Source: Macrostomum hystrix
Taxonomy: Eukaryota; Animalia; Platyhelminthes
Reading direction: 5' to 3'
Assembly: GCA_950097015.1 (NCBI GenBank)
Contig: CATNEN010000027.1
Span: 910,286-974,285, forward strand
DNA: 64,000 bases
Part shown: positions 34,446-48,000 of the stretch, piece by piece
How positions within the stretch are numbered: position 1 is the first letter of the stretch
Layout of the letters: each line of letters opens with the position of its first letter
Made by a program: the position numbers and the translations under genes
The notes under the pieces: generated by a model
The model's database searches: none
What the model saw: the letters and a program-made list of their open reading frames with translations, nothing else
What the model was told of the DNA's origin: nothing

Positions 34446-36064
34446 TTAGGCAAATTATATCAAAAGAACTGCTTTGTATCTGCTTCCAATCAAAATCTGT
34501 CACCATTTAAATCAGAAAAATGGAAACTTTCCTGTCTGTAGTGCGTTTTTTCGCGAAAACCAGCCTTTAATTTTTTCTAAAAACGTATATAGTTCCCGTC
34601 CTTCTACTGCTTCACACTACGGGCTTGAGAGCTGCGGTCTAATGTAAAAAATATATTTTAGTAATGATCATAGCAATTATCCAGTAATTCTAGAATCTAA
34701 TTATATTTAGTTAGTAATTATATCATAGTAAAAAACGCGGCACAAAAAAGTTTTTGACTAAAAGGTTCAATATACTTTTGTAAACTTTTAGCTATCAAAG
34801 TAGAAAGTTCAGTCTTTGGCAATTTGCGACGTCTTACAATATTGCGCCGTTTAGCAGGGTTTATTTATAAGAAAAACAAAAGCAGCGTAATATTTTTTAA
34901 GATCAACATATACATCAACAAAGCTACCAAATTTCTTTTTATATATTTGCAAATCAAGAGTCCTTTAACTTAAAAAGCCTTATAATATTTTCTTTTAAAT
35001 GTTTTTTTTACTATTTTCCTAGTGCGTGCGTGCGTCACGAGGTCTCAAGTGTTAAGCGTCGAATTCACAATAGTGATTGTTGTTTCTAGTCAACTAGTTT
35101 CTAGTTGTTTCTAGTTTCTAGTCTAGAAACCGAAGATTAGAACGATGCATGACTGAATATGATTATTTGTTAGATCTTTTACATTAATTGCATTTCCTGC
35201 CTATTAATTGCATAGATAGTCTTATCTTGACTTCTATGTTTGACTTCTTTGACTCAAAGCACTTTGACTTTGACTTCGACGCTCGGACCCCTCGTTTCGG
35301 TTTTTTTCGGCGCTACGTTGACTGCCTGCTAAGCGACGCCGAAGGCCGTGGCGCCAGACACTGCCTACGGGGGGGAATTTGTTCGCACGCTGGCTCTGCG
35401 CTGCGCCATTTGACGCAACCTCCCTGACTTTTGGGGCATACGTCCTTTGTTGTTGTTGTTGACTCGTACTAAAGTTACAGTACTTGTAGAGCAAGTTTCC
35501 ATTATTATCGTTATTGATGAATGTGCAGCTAAGCATGCAGATGCAACTAAGAAAAAAAGGGCTGTAGCTAAGGTTGAAAGTGCAGCAGCTAAGGACGTCT
35601 ATACTTCCAGTACCAGAACCAGTACCAGAACCAGTACCAGAAAAAAATTATGTTATAGCCAACAAAAAATCGACAAGCAACTAATAAAAAGACTTCTAAC
35701 AGATGAAATACTTATATATCGGTCCGAAAATATCATTATTGAGAATAAAATTAATAAATATCGACGGACTTGCGCACAACACACAAAAAATGGTTTACTT
35801 TCACAAAACGTTTTTTAATATATTTTTTCATAGAATAAAACAAATTTGCTCAACCAACTGAGTAAACGAATACAAAAAGCGGTTTACTAAATATCGCAAC
35901 TACTAAAATCACAACTCAAAACTCACCTCATTAAATGTGTTTGTAAAATTTATTTTTTTTATAATCATCGTAAACTTCATCAAAAAAACTAAAAATATAA
36001 CCTCACTTTTGCGCTTCGCAGGATTATTACTCGTACATCATATACAGCTGAGAGCAATGATAAG

Positions 36065-39000
36065 GAAGGAAACATTATCTGTGAACACGGCTGTAAAATT
36101 TCAGAGCCCTGACGTGTCGCGTCTCGGAGTTGTAGACCCTCGAGTCCCCCCACTCTGATATCTCCCATTTTAAAAGTACTTTTCGTCACCTCACTGAATC
36201 TGGTGGTCAAAAGAAGCTGAAAACTCAGATCTGGAAGGAAACATTATCTGTGAACACGGCTGTAAAATTTCAGAGCCCTGACTAGTCGCGTCTCGGAGTT
36301 GTAGACCCTCGAGTCCCCCCCCACTCTGATATCTCCCATTTTAAAAGTACTTTTCGTCACCTCACTGAATCTGGTGGTCAGACGAGGCTAAAAACTCAGA
36401 TCTGGAAGGAAACATTATCTGTGAACACGGCTGTAAAATTTCAGAGCCCTGACTATTCGCGTCTCGGAGTTGTAGACCCTCGAGTCCCCCCCACTCTGAT
36501 ATCTCCCATTTTAAAAGTACTTTTCGTCACCTCACTGAATCTGGTGGTCAAAAGAAGCTGAAAACTCAGATCTGGAAGGAAACATTATCTGTGAACACGG
36601 CTGTAAAATTTCAGAGCCCTGACTAGTCGCGTCTCGGAGTTGTAGACCCTCGAGTCCCCCCCACTCTGATATCTCCCATTTTAAAAGTACTTTTCGTCAC
36701 CTCACTGAATCTGGTGGTCAGACGAGGCTAAAAACTTAGATCTGGAAGGAAACATTATCTGTAAACACGGCTGTAAAATTTCAGAGCCCTGACTATTCGC
36801 GTCTCGGAGTTGTAGACCCTCGAGTCCCCCCCACTCTGATATCTCCCATTTTAAAAGTACTTTTCGTCACCTCACTGAATCTGGTGGTCAAAAGAAGCTG
36901 AAAACTCAGATCTGGAAGGAAACATTATCTGTAAACACGGCTGTAAAATTTCAGAGCCCTGACTATTCGCGTCTCGGAGTTGTAGACCCTCGAGTCCCCC
37001 CCACTCTGATATCTCCCATTTTAAAAGTACTTTTCGTCACCTCACTGAATCTGGTGGTCAAAAGAAGCTGAAAACTCAGATCTGGAAGGAAACATTATCT
37101 GTAAACACGGCTGTAAAATTTCAGAGCCCTGACTATTCGCGTCTCGGAGTTGTAGACCCTCGAGTCCCCCCCACTCTGATATCTCCCATTTTAAAAGTAC
37201 TTTTCGTCACCTCACTGAATCTGGTGGTCAAAAGAAGCTGAAAACTCAGATCTGGAAGGAAACATTATCTGTGAACACGGCTGTAAAATTTCAGAGCCCT
37301 GACTAGTCGCGTCTCGGAGTTGTAGACCCTCGAGTCCCCCCCACTCTGATATCTCCCATTTTAAAAGTACTTTTCGTCACCTCACTGAATCTGGTGGTCA
37401 AAAGAAGCTGAAAACTCAGATCTGGAAGGAAACATTATCTGTGAACACGGCTGTAAAATTTCAGAGCCCTGACTAGTCACGTCTCGGAGTTGTAGACCCT
37501 CGAGTCCCCCCCACTCTGATATCTCCCATTTTAAAAGTACTTTTCGTCACCTCACTGAATCTGGTGGTCAAAAGAAGCTGAAAACTCAGATCTGGAAGGA
37601 AACATTATCTGTGAACACGGCTGTAAAATTTCAGAGCCCTGACTAGTCGCGTCTCGGAGTTGTAGACCCTCGAGTCCCCCCCACTCTGATATCTCCCATT
37701 TTAAAAGTACTTTTCGTCACCTCACTGAATCTGGTGGTCAGACGAGGCTAAAAACTCAGATCTGGAAGGAAACATTATCTGTGAACACGGCTGTAAAATT
37801 TCAGAGCCCTGACTATTCGCGTCTCGGAGTTGTAGACCCTCGAGTCCCCCCCACTCTGATATCTCCCATTTTAAAAGTACTTTTCGTCACCTCACTGAAT
37901 CTGGTGGTCAAAAGAAGCTGAAAACTCAGATCTGGAAGGAAACATTATCTGTGAACACGGCTGTAAAATTTCAGAGCCCTGACTAGTCGCGTCTCGGAGT
38001 TGTAGACCCTCGAGTCCCCCCCACTCTGATATCTCCCATTTTAAAAGTACTTTTCGTCACCTCACTGAATCTGGTGGTCAGACGAGGCTAAAAACTTAGA
38101 TCTGGAAGGAAACATTATCTGTAAACACGGCTGTAAAATTTCAGAGCCCTGACTATTCGCGTCTCGGAGTTGTAGACCCTCGAGTCCCCCCCACTCTGAT
38201 ATCTCCCATTTTAAAAGTACTTTTCGTCACCTCACTGAATCTGGTGGTCAAAAGAAGCTGAAAACTCAGATCTGGAAGGAAACATTATCTGTAAACACGG
38301 CTGTAAAATTTCAGAGCCCTGACTATTCGCGTCTCGGAGTTGTAGACCCTCGAGTCCCCCCCACTCTGATATCTCCCATTTTAAAAGTACTTTTCGTCAC
38401 CTCACTGAATCTGGTGGTCAAAAGAAGCTGAAAACTCAGATCTGGAAGGAAACATTATCTGTAAACACGGCTGTAAAATTTCAGAGCCCTGACTATTCGC
38501 GTCTCGGAGTTGTAGACCCTCGAGTCCCCCCCACTCTGATATCTCCCATTTTAAAAGTACTTTTCGTCACCTCACTGAATCTGGTGGTCAAAAGAAGCTG
38601 AAAACTCAGATCTGGAAGGAAACATTATCTGTGAACACGGCTGTAAAATTTCAGAGCCCTGACTAGTCGCGTCTCGGAGTTGTAGACCCTCGAGTCCCCC
38701 CCACTCTGATATCTCCCATTTTAAAAGTACTTTTCGTCACCTCACTGAATCTGGTGGTCAAAAGAAGCTGAAAACTCAGATCTGGAAGGAAACATTATCT
38801 GTGAACACGGCTGTAAAATTTCAGAGCCCTGACTAGTCACGTCTCGGAGTTGTAGACCCTCGAGTCCCCCCCACTCTGATATCTCCCATTTTAAAAGTAC
38901 TTTTCGTCACCTCACTGAATCTGGTGGTCAGACGAGGCTAAAAACTCAGATCTGGAAGGAAACATTATCTGTAAACACGGCTGTAAAATTTCAGAGCCCT

Positions 39001-42000
39001 GACTATTCGCGTCTCGGAGTTGTAGACCCTCGAGTCCCCCCCACTCTGATATCTCCCATTTTAAAAGTACTTTTCGTCACCTCACTGAATCTGGTGGTCA
39101 AAAGAAGCTGAAAACTCAGATCTGGAAGGAAACATTATCTGTGAACACGGCTGTAAAATTTCAGAGCCCTGACTAGTCGCGTCTCGGAGTTGTAGACCCT
39201 CGAGTCCCCCCCACTCTGATATCTCCCATTTTAAAAGTACTTTTCGTCACCTCACTGAATCTGGTGGTCAGACGAGGCTAAAAACTTAGATCTGGAAGGA
39301 AACATTATCTGTAAACACGGCTGTAAAATTTCAGAGCCCTGACTATTCGCGTCTCGGAGTTGTAGACCCTCGAGTCCCCCCCACTCTGATATCTCCCATT
39401 TTAAAAGTACTTTTCGTCACCTCACTGAATCTGGTGGTCAAAAGAAGCTGAAAACTCAGATCTGGAAGGAAACATTATCTGTAAACACGGCTGTAAAATT
39501 TCAGAGCCCTGACTATTCGCGTCTCGGAGTTGTAGACCCTCGAGTCCCCCCCACTCTGATATCTCCATTTTAAAAGTACTTTTCGTCACCTCACTGAATC
39601 TGGTGGTCAAAAGAAGCTGAAAACTCAGATCTGGAAGGAAACATTATCTGTGAACACGGCTGTAAAATTTCAGAGCCCTGACTAGTCGCGTCTCGGAGTT
39701 GTAGACCCTCGAGTCCCCCCACTCTGATATCTCCCATTTTAAAAGTACTTTTCGTCACCTCACTGAATCTGGTGGTCAGACGAGGCTAAAAACTCAGATC
39801 TGGAAGGAAACATTATCTGTAAACACGGCTGTAAAATTTCAGAGCCCTGACTAGTCGCGTCTCGGAGTTGTAGACCCTCGAGTCCCCCCCACTCTGATAT
39901 CTCCCATTTTAAAAGTACTTTTCGTCACCTCACTGAATCTGGTGGTCAAAAGAAGCTGAAAACTCAGATCTGGAAGGAAACATTATCTGTGAACACGGCT
40001 GTAAAATTTCAGAGCCCTGACTAGTCGCGTCTCGGAGTTGTAGACCCTCGAGTCCCCCCCACTCTGATATCTCCCATTTTAAAAGTACTTTTCGTCACCT
40101 CACTGAATCTGGTGGTCAAAAGAAGCTGAAAACTCAGATCTGGAAGGAAACATTATCTGTAAACACGGCTGTAAAATTTCAGAGCCCTGACTATTCGCGT
40201 CTCGGAGTTGTAGACCCTCGAGTCCCCCCCACTCTGATATCTCCCATTTTAAAAGTACTTTTCGTCACCTCACTGAATCTGGTGGTCAAAAGAAGCTGAA
40301 AACTCAGATCTGGAAGGAAACATTATCTGTAAACACGGCTGTAAAATTTCAGAGCCCTGACTATTCGCGTCTCGGAGTTGTAGACCCTCGAGTCCCCCCA
40401 CTCTGATATCTCCCATTTTAAAAGTACTTTTCGTCACCTCACTGAATCTGGTGGTCAGACGAGGCTAAAAACTCAGATCTGGAAGGAAACATTATCTGTA
40501 AACACGGCTGTAAAATTTCAGAGCCCTGACTAGTCGCGTCTCGGAGTTGTAGACCCTCGAGTCCCCCCCACTCTGATATCTCCCATTTTAAAAGTACTTT
40601 TCGTCACCTCACTGAATCTGGTGGTCAAAAGAAGCTGAAAACTCAGATCTGGAAGGAAACATTATCTGTAAACACGGCTGTAAAATTTCAGAGCCCTGAC
40701 TATTCGCGTCTCGGAGTTGTAGACCCTCGAGTCCCCCCCACTCTGATATCTCCCATTTTAAAAGTACTTTTCGTCACCTCACTGAATCTGGTGGTCAAAA
40801 GAAGCTGAAAACTCAGATCTGGAAGGAAACATTATCTGTAAACACGGCTGTAAAATTTCAGAGCCCTGACTATTCGCGTCTCGGAGTTGTAGACCCTCGA
40901 GTCCCCCCCACTCTGATATCTCCCATTTTAAAAGTACTTTTCGTCACCTCACTGAATCTGGTGGTCAAAAGAAGCTGAAAACTCAGATCTGGAAGGAAAC
41001 ATTATCTGTAAACACGGCTGTAAAATTTCAGAGCCCTGACTATTCGCGTCTCGGAGTTGTAGACCCTCGAGTCCCCCCCACTCTGATATCTCCCATTTTA
41101 AAAGTACTTTTCGTCACCTCACTGAATCTGGTGGTCAAAAGAAGCTGAAAACTCAGATCTGGAAGGAAACATTATCTGTAAACACGGCTGTAAAATTTCA
41201 GAGCCCTGACTATTCGCGTCTCGGAGTTGTATACCCTCGAGTCCCCCCCACTCTGATATCTCCCATTTTAAAAGTACTTTTCGTCACCTCACTGAATCTG
41301 GTGGTCAAAAGAAGCTGAAAACTCAGATCTGGAAGGAAACATTATCTGTGAACACGGCTGTAAAATTTCAGAGCCCTGACTATTCGCGTCTCGGAGTTGT
41401 AGACCCTCGAGTCCCCCCCACTCTGATATCTCCCATTTTAAAAGTACTTTTCGTCACCTCACTGAATCTGGTGGTCAAAAGAAGCTGAAAACTCAGATCT
41501 GGAAGGAAACATTATCTGTGAACACGGCTGTAAAATTTCAGAGCCCTGACTAGTCGCGTCTCGGAGTTGTAGACCCTCGAGTCCCCCCCACTCTGATATC
41601 TCCCATTTTAAAAGTACTTTTCGTCACCTCACTGAATCTGGTGGTCAGACGAGGCTGAAAACTCAGATCTGGAAGGAAACATTATCTGTAAACACGGCTG
41701 TAAAATTTCAGAGCCCTGACTATTCGCGTCTCGGAGTTGTAGACCCTCGAGTCCCCCCCACTCTGATATCTCCCATTTTAAAAGTACTTTTCGTCACCTC
41801 ACTGAATCTGGTGGTCAGACGAGGCTAAAAACTCAGATCTGGAAGGAAACATTATCTGTAAACACGGCTGTAAAATTTCAGAGCCCTGACTATTCGCGTC
41901 TCGGAGTTGTAGACCCTCGAGTCCCCCCCACTCTGATATCTCCCATTTTAAAAGTACTTTTCGTCACCTCACTGAATCTGGTGGTCAAAAGAAGCTGAAA

Positions 42001-45000
42001 ACTCAGATCTGGAAGGAAACATTATCTGTAAACACGGCTGTAAAATTTCAGAGCCCTGACTATTCGCGTCTCGGAGTTGTAGACCCTCGAGTCCCCCCCA
42101 CTCTGATATCTCCCATTTTAAAAGTACTTTTCGTCACCTCACTGAATCTGGTGGTCAAAAGAAGCTGAAAACTCAGATCTGGAAGGAAACATTATCTGTA
42201 AACACGGCTGTAAAATTTCAGAGCCCTGACTATTCGCGTCTCGGAGTTGTAGACCCTCGAGTCCCCCCCACTCTGATATCTCCCATTTTAAAAGTACTTT
42301 TCGTCACCTCACTGAATCTGGTGGTCAAAAGAAGCTGAAAACTCAGATCTGGAAGGAAACATTATCTGTGAACACGGCTGTAAAATTTCAGAGCCCTGAC
42401 TAGTCGCGTCTCGGAGTTGTAGACCCTCGAGTCCCCCCCACTCTGATATCTCCCATTTTAAAAGTACTTTTCGTCACCTCACTGAATCTGGTGGTCAAAA
42501 GAAGCTGAAAACTCAGATCTGGAAGGAAACATTATCTGTGAACACGGCTGTAAAATTTCAGAGCCCTGACTAGTCACGTCTCGGAGTTGTAGACCCTCGA
42601 GTCCCCCCCACTCTGATATCTCCCATTTTAAAAGTACTTTTCGTCACCTCACTGAATCTGGTGGTCAGACGAGGCTAAAAACTCAGATCTGGAAGGAAAC
42701 ATTATCTGTAAACACGGCTGTAAAATTTCAGAGCCCTGACTATTCGCGTCTCGGAGTTGTAGACCCTCGAGTCCCCCCCACTCTGATATCTCCCATTTTA
42801 AAAGTACTTTTCGTCACCTCACTGAATCTGGTGGTCAAAAGAAGCTGAAAACTCAGATCTGGAAGGAAACATTATCTGTGAACACGGCTGTAAAATTTCA
42901 GAGCCCTGACTAGTCGCGTCTCGGAGTTGTAGACCCTCGAGTCCCCCCCACTCTGATATCTCCCATTTTAAAAGTACTTTTCGTCACCTCACTGAATCTG
43001 GTGGTCAGACGAGGCTAAAAACTTAGATCTGGAAGGAAACATTATCTGTAAACACGGCTGTAAAATTTCAGAGCCCTGACTATTCGCGTCTCGGAGTTGT
43101 AGACCCTCGAGTCCCCCCCACTCTGATATCTCCCATTTTAAAAGTACTTTTCGTCACCTCACTGAATCTGGTGGTCAAAAGAAGCTGAAAACTCAGATCT
43201 GGAAGGAAACATTATCTGTAAACACGGCTGTAAAATTTCAGAGCCCTGACTATTCGCGTCTCGGAGTTGTAGACCCTCGAGTCCCCCCCACTCTGATATC
43301 TCCCATTTTAAAAGTACTTTTCGTCACCTCACTGAATCTGGTGGTCAAAAGAAGCTGAAAACTCAGATCTGGAAGGAAACATTATCTGTGAACACGGCTG
43401 TAAAATTTCAGAGCCCTGACTAGTCGCGTCTCGGAGTTGTAGACCCTCGAGTCCCCCCACTCTGATATCTCCCATTTTAAAAGTACTTTTCGTCACCTCA
43501 CTGAATCTGGTGGTCAGACGAGGCTAAAAACTCAGATCTGGAAGGAAACATTATCTGTAAACACGGCTGTAAAATTTCAGAGCCCTGACTAGTCGCGTCT
43601 CGGAGTTGTAGACCCTCGAGTCCCCCCCACTCTGATATCTCCCATTTTAAAAGTACTTTTCGTCACCTCACTGAATCTGGTGGTCAAAAGAAGCTGAAAA
43701 CTCAGATCTGGAAGGAAACATTATCTGTGAACACGGCTGTAAAATTTCAGAGCCCTGACTAGTCGCGTCTCGGAGTTGTAGACCCTCGAGTCCCCCCCAC
43801 TCTGATATCTCCCATTTTAAAAGTACTTTTCGTCACCTCACTGAATCTGGTGGTCAAAAGAAGCTGAAAACTCAGATCTGGAAGGAAACATTATCTGTAA
43901 ACACGGCTGTAAAATTTCAGAGCCCTGACTATTCGCGTCTCGGAGTTGTAGACCCTCGAGTCCCCCCCACTCTGATATCTCCCATTTTAAAAGTACTTTT
44001 CGTCACCTCACTGAATCTGGTGGTCAAAAGAAGCTGAAAACTCAGATCTGGAAGGAAACATTATCTGTAAACACGGCTGTAAAATTTCAGAGCCCTGACT
44101 ATTCGCGTCTCGGAGTTGTAGACCCTCGAGTCCCCCCACTCTGATATCTCCCATTTTAAAAGTACTTTTCGTCACCTCACTGAATCTGGTGGTCAGACGA
44201 GGCTAAAAACTCAGATCTGGAAGGAAACATTATCTGTAAACACGGCTGTAAAATTTCAGAGCCCTGACTAGTCGCGTCTCGGAGTTGTAGACCCTCGAGT
44301 CCCCCCCACTCTGATATCTCCCATTTTAAAAGTACTTTTCGTCACCTCACTGAATCTGGTGGTCAAAAGAAGCTGAAAACTCAGATCTGGAAGGAAACAT
44401 TATCTGTGAACACGGCTGTAAAATTTCAGAGCCCTGACTAGTCGCGTCTCGGAGTTGTAGACCCTCGAGTCCCCCCCACTCTGATATCTCCCATTTTAAA
44501 AGTACTTTTCGTCACCTCACTGAATCTGGTGGTCAGACGAGGCTAAAAACTTAGATCTGGAAGGAAACATTATCTGTAAACACGGCTGTAAAATTTCAGA
44601 GCCCTGACTATTCGCGTCTCGGAGTTGTAGACCCTCGAGTCCCCCCCACTCTGATATCTCCAATTTTAAAAGTACTTTTCGTCACCTCACTGAATCTGGT
44701 GGTCAAAAGAAGCTGAAAACTCAGATCTGGAAGGAAACATTATCTGTAAACACGGCTGTAAAATTTCAGAGCCCTGACTATTCGCGTCTCGGAGTTGTAG
44801 ACCCTCGAGTCCCCCCCACTCTGATATCTCCCATTTTAAAAGTACTTTTCGTCACCTCACTGAATCTGGTGGTCAAAAGAAGCTGAAAACTCAGATCTGG
44901 AAGGAAACATTATCTGTAAACACGGCTGTAAAATTTCAGAGCCCTGACTATTCGCGTCTCGGAGTTGTAGACCCTCGAGTCCCCCCCACTCTGATATCTC

Positions 45001-48000
45001 CCATTTTAAAAGTACTTTTCGTCACCTCACTGAATCTGGTGGTCAAAAGAAGCTGAAAACTCAGATCTGGAAGGAAACATTATCTGTAAACACGGCTGTA
45101 AAATTTCAGAGCCCTGACTAGTCGCGTCTCGGAGTTGTAGACCCTCGAGTCCCCCCCACTCTTATATCTCCCATTTTAAAAGTACTTTTCGTCACCTCAC
45201 TGAATCTGGTGGTCAAAAGAAGCTGAAAACTCAGATCTGGAAGGAAACATTATCTGTGAACACGGCTGTAAAATTTCAGAGCCCTGACTAGTCGCGTCTC
45301 GGAGTTGTAGACCCTCGAGTCCCCCCCACTCTGATATCTCCCATTTTAAAAGTACTTTTCGTCACCTCACTGAATCTGGTGGTCAAAAGAAGCTGAAAAC
45401 TCAGATCTGGAAGGAAACATTATCTGTGAACACGGCTGTAAAATTTCAGAGCCCTGACTAGTCACGTCTCGGAGTTGTAGACCCTCGAGTCCCCCCCACT
45501 CTGATATCTCCCATTTTAAAAGTACTTTTCGTCACCTCACTGAATCTGGTGGTCAAAAGAAGCTGAAAACTCAGATCTGGAAGGAAACATTATCTGTAAA
45601 CACGGCTGTAAAATTTCAGAGCCCTGACTATTCGCGTCTCGGAGTTGTAGACCCTCGAGTCCCCCCCACTCTGATATCTCCCATTTTAAAAGTACTTTTC
45701 GTCACCTCACTGAATCTGGTGGTCAAAAGAAGCTGAAAACTCAGATCTGGAAGGAAACATTATCTGTAAACACGGCTGTAAAATTTCAGAGCCCTGACTA
45801 TTCGCGTCTCGGAGTTGTATACCCTCGAGTCCCCCCCACTCTGATATCTCCCATTTTAAAAGTACTTTTCGTCACCTCACTGAATCTGGTGGTCAAAAGA
45901 AGCTGAAAACTCAGATCTGGAAGGAAACATTATCTGTGAACACGGCTGTAAAATTTCAGAGCCCTGACTATTCGCGTCTCGGAGTTGTAGACCCTCGAGT
46001 CCCCCCCACTCTGATATCTCCCATTTTAAAAGTACTTTTCGTCACCTCACTGAATCTGGTGGTCAAAAGAAGCTGAAAACTCAGATCTGGAAGGAAACAT
46101 TATCTGTGAACACGGCTGTAAAATTTCAGAGCCCTGACTAGTCGCGTCTCGGAGTTGTAGACCCTCGAGTCCCCCCCACTCTGATATCTCCCATTTTAAA
46201 AGTACTTTTCGTCACCTCACTGAATCTGGTGGTCAGACGAGGCTAAAAACTCAGATCTGGAAGGAAACATTATCTGTAAACACGGCTGTAAAATTTCAGA
46301 GCCCTGACTATTCGCGTCTCGGAGTTGTAGACCCTCGAGTCCCCCCCACTCTGATATCTCCCATTTTAAAAGTACTTTTCGTCACCTCACTGAATCTGGT
46401 GGTCAGACGAGGCTAAAAACTTAGATCTGGAAGGAAACATTATCTGTAAACACGGCTGTAAAATTTCAGAGCCCTGACTATTCGCGTCTCGGAGTTGTAG
46501 ACCCTCGAGTCCCCCCCACTCTGATATCTCCCATTTTAAAAGTACTTTTCGTCACCTCACTGAATCTGGTGGTCAAAAGAAGCTGAAAACTCAGATCTGG
46601 AAGGAAACATTATCTGTAAACACGGCTGTAAAATTTCAGAGCCCTGACTATTCGCGTCTCGGAGTTGTAGACCCTCGAGTCCCCCCCACTCTGATATCTC
46701 CCATTTTAAAAGTACTTTTCGTCACCTCACTGAATCTGGTGGTCAAAAGAAGCTGAAAACTCAGATCTGGAAGGAAACATTATCTGTAAACACGGCTGTA
46801 AAATTTCAGAGCCCTGACTATTCGCGTCTCGGAGTTGTAGACCCTCGAGTCCCCCCCACTCTGATATCTCCCATTTTAAAAGTACTTTTCGTCACCTCAC
46901 TGAATCTGGTGGTCAAAAGAAGCTGAAAACTCAGATCTGGAAGGAAACATTATCTGTAAACACGGCTGTAAAATTTCAGAGCCCTGACTATTCGCGTCTC
47001 GGAGTTGTAGACCCTCGAGTCCCCCCCACTCTGATATCTCCCATTTTAAAAGTACTTTTCGTCACCTCACTGAATCTGGTGGTCAAAAGAAGCTGAAAAC
47101 TCAGATCTGGAAGGAAACATTATCTGTGAACACGGCTGTAAAATTTCAGAGCCCTGACTAGTCACGTCTCGGAGTTGTAGACCCTCGAGTCCCCCCACTC
47201 TGATATCTCCCATTTTAAAAGTACTTTTCGTCACCTCACTGAATCTGGTGGTCAGACGAGGCTAAAAACTCAGATCTGGAAGGAAACATTATCTGTAAAC
47301 ACGGCTGTAAAATTTCAGAGCCCTGACTATTCGCGTCTCGGAGTTGTAGACCCTCGAGTCCCCCCCACTCTGATATCTCCCATTTTAAAAGTACTTTTCG
47401 TCACCTCACTGAATCTGGTGGTCAAAAGAAGCTGAAAACTCAGATCTGGAAGGAAACATTATCTGTGAACACGGCTGTAAAATTTCAGAGCCCTGACTAG
47501 TCGCGTCTCGGAGTTGTAGACCCTCGAGTCCCCCCCACTCTGATATCTCCCATTTTAAAAGTACTTTTCGTCACCTCACTGAATCTGGTGGTCAGACGAG
47601 GCTAAAAACTTAGATCTGGAAGGAAACATTATCTGTAAACACGGCTGTAAAATTTCAGAGCCCTGACTATTCGCGTCTCGGAGTTGTAGACCCTCGAGTC
47701 CCCCCCACTCTGATATCTCCCATTTTAAAAGTACTTTTCGTCACCTCACTGAATCTGGTGGTCAAAAGAAGCTGAAAACTCAGATCTGGAAGGAAACATT
47801 ATCTGTAAACACGGCTGTAAAATTTCAGAGCCCTGACTATTCGCGTCTCGGAGTTGTAGACCCTCGAGTCCCCCCCACTCTGATATCTCCCATTTTAAAA
47901 GTACTTTTCGTCACCTCACTGAATCTGGTGGTCAAAAGAAGCTGAAAACTCAGATCTGGAAGGAAACATTATCTGTAAACACGGCTGTAAAATTTCAGAG

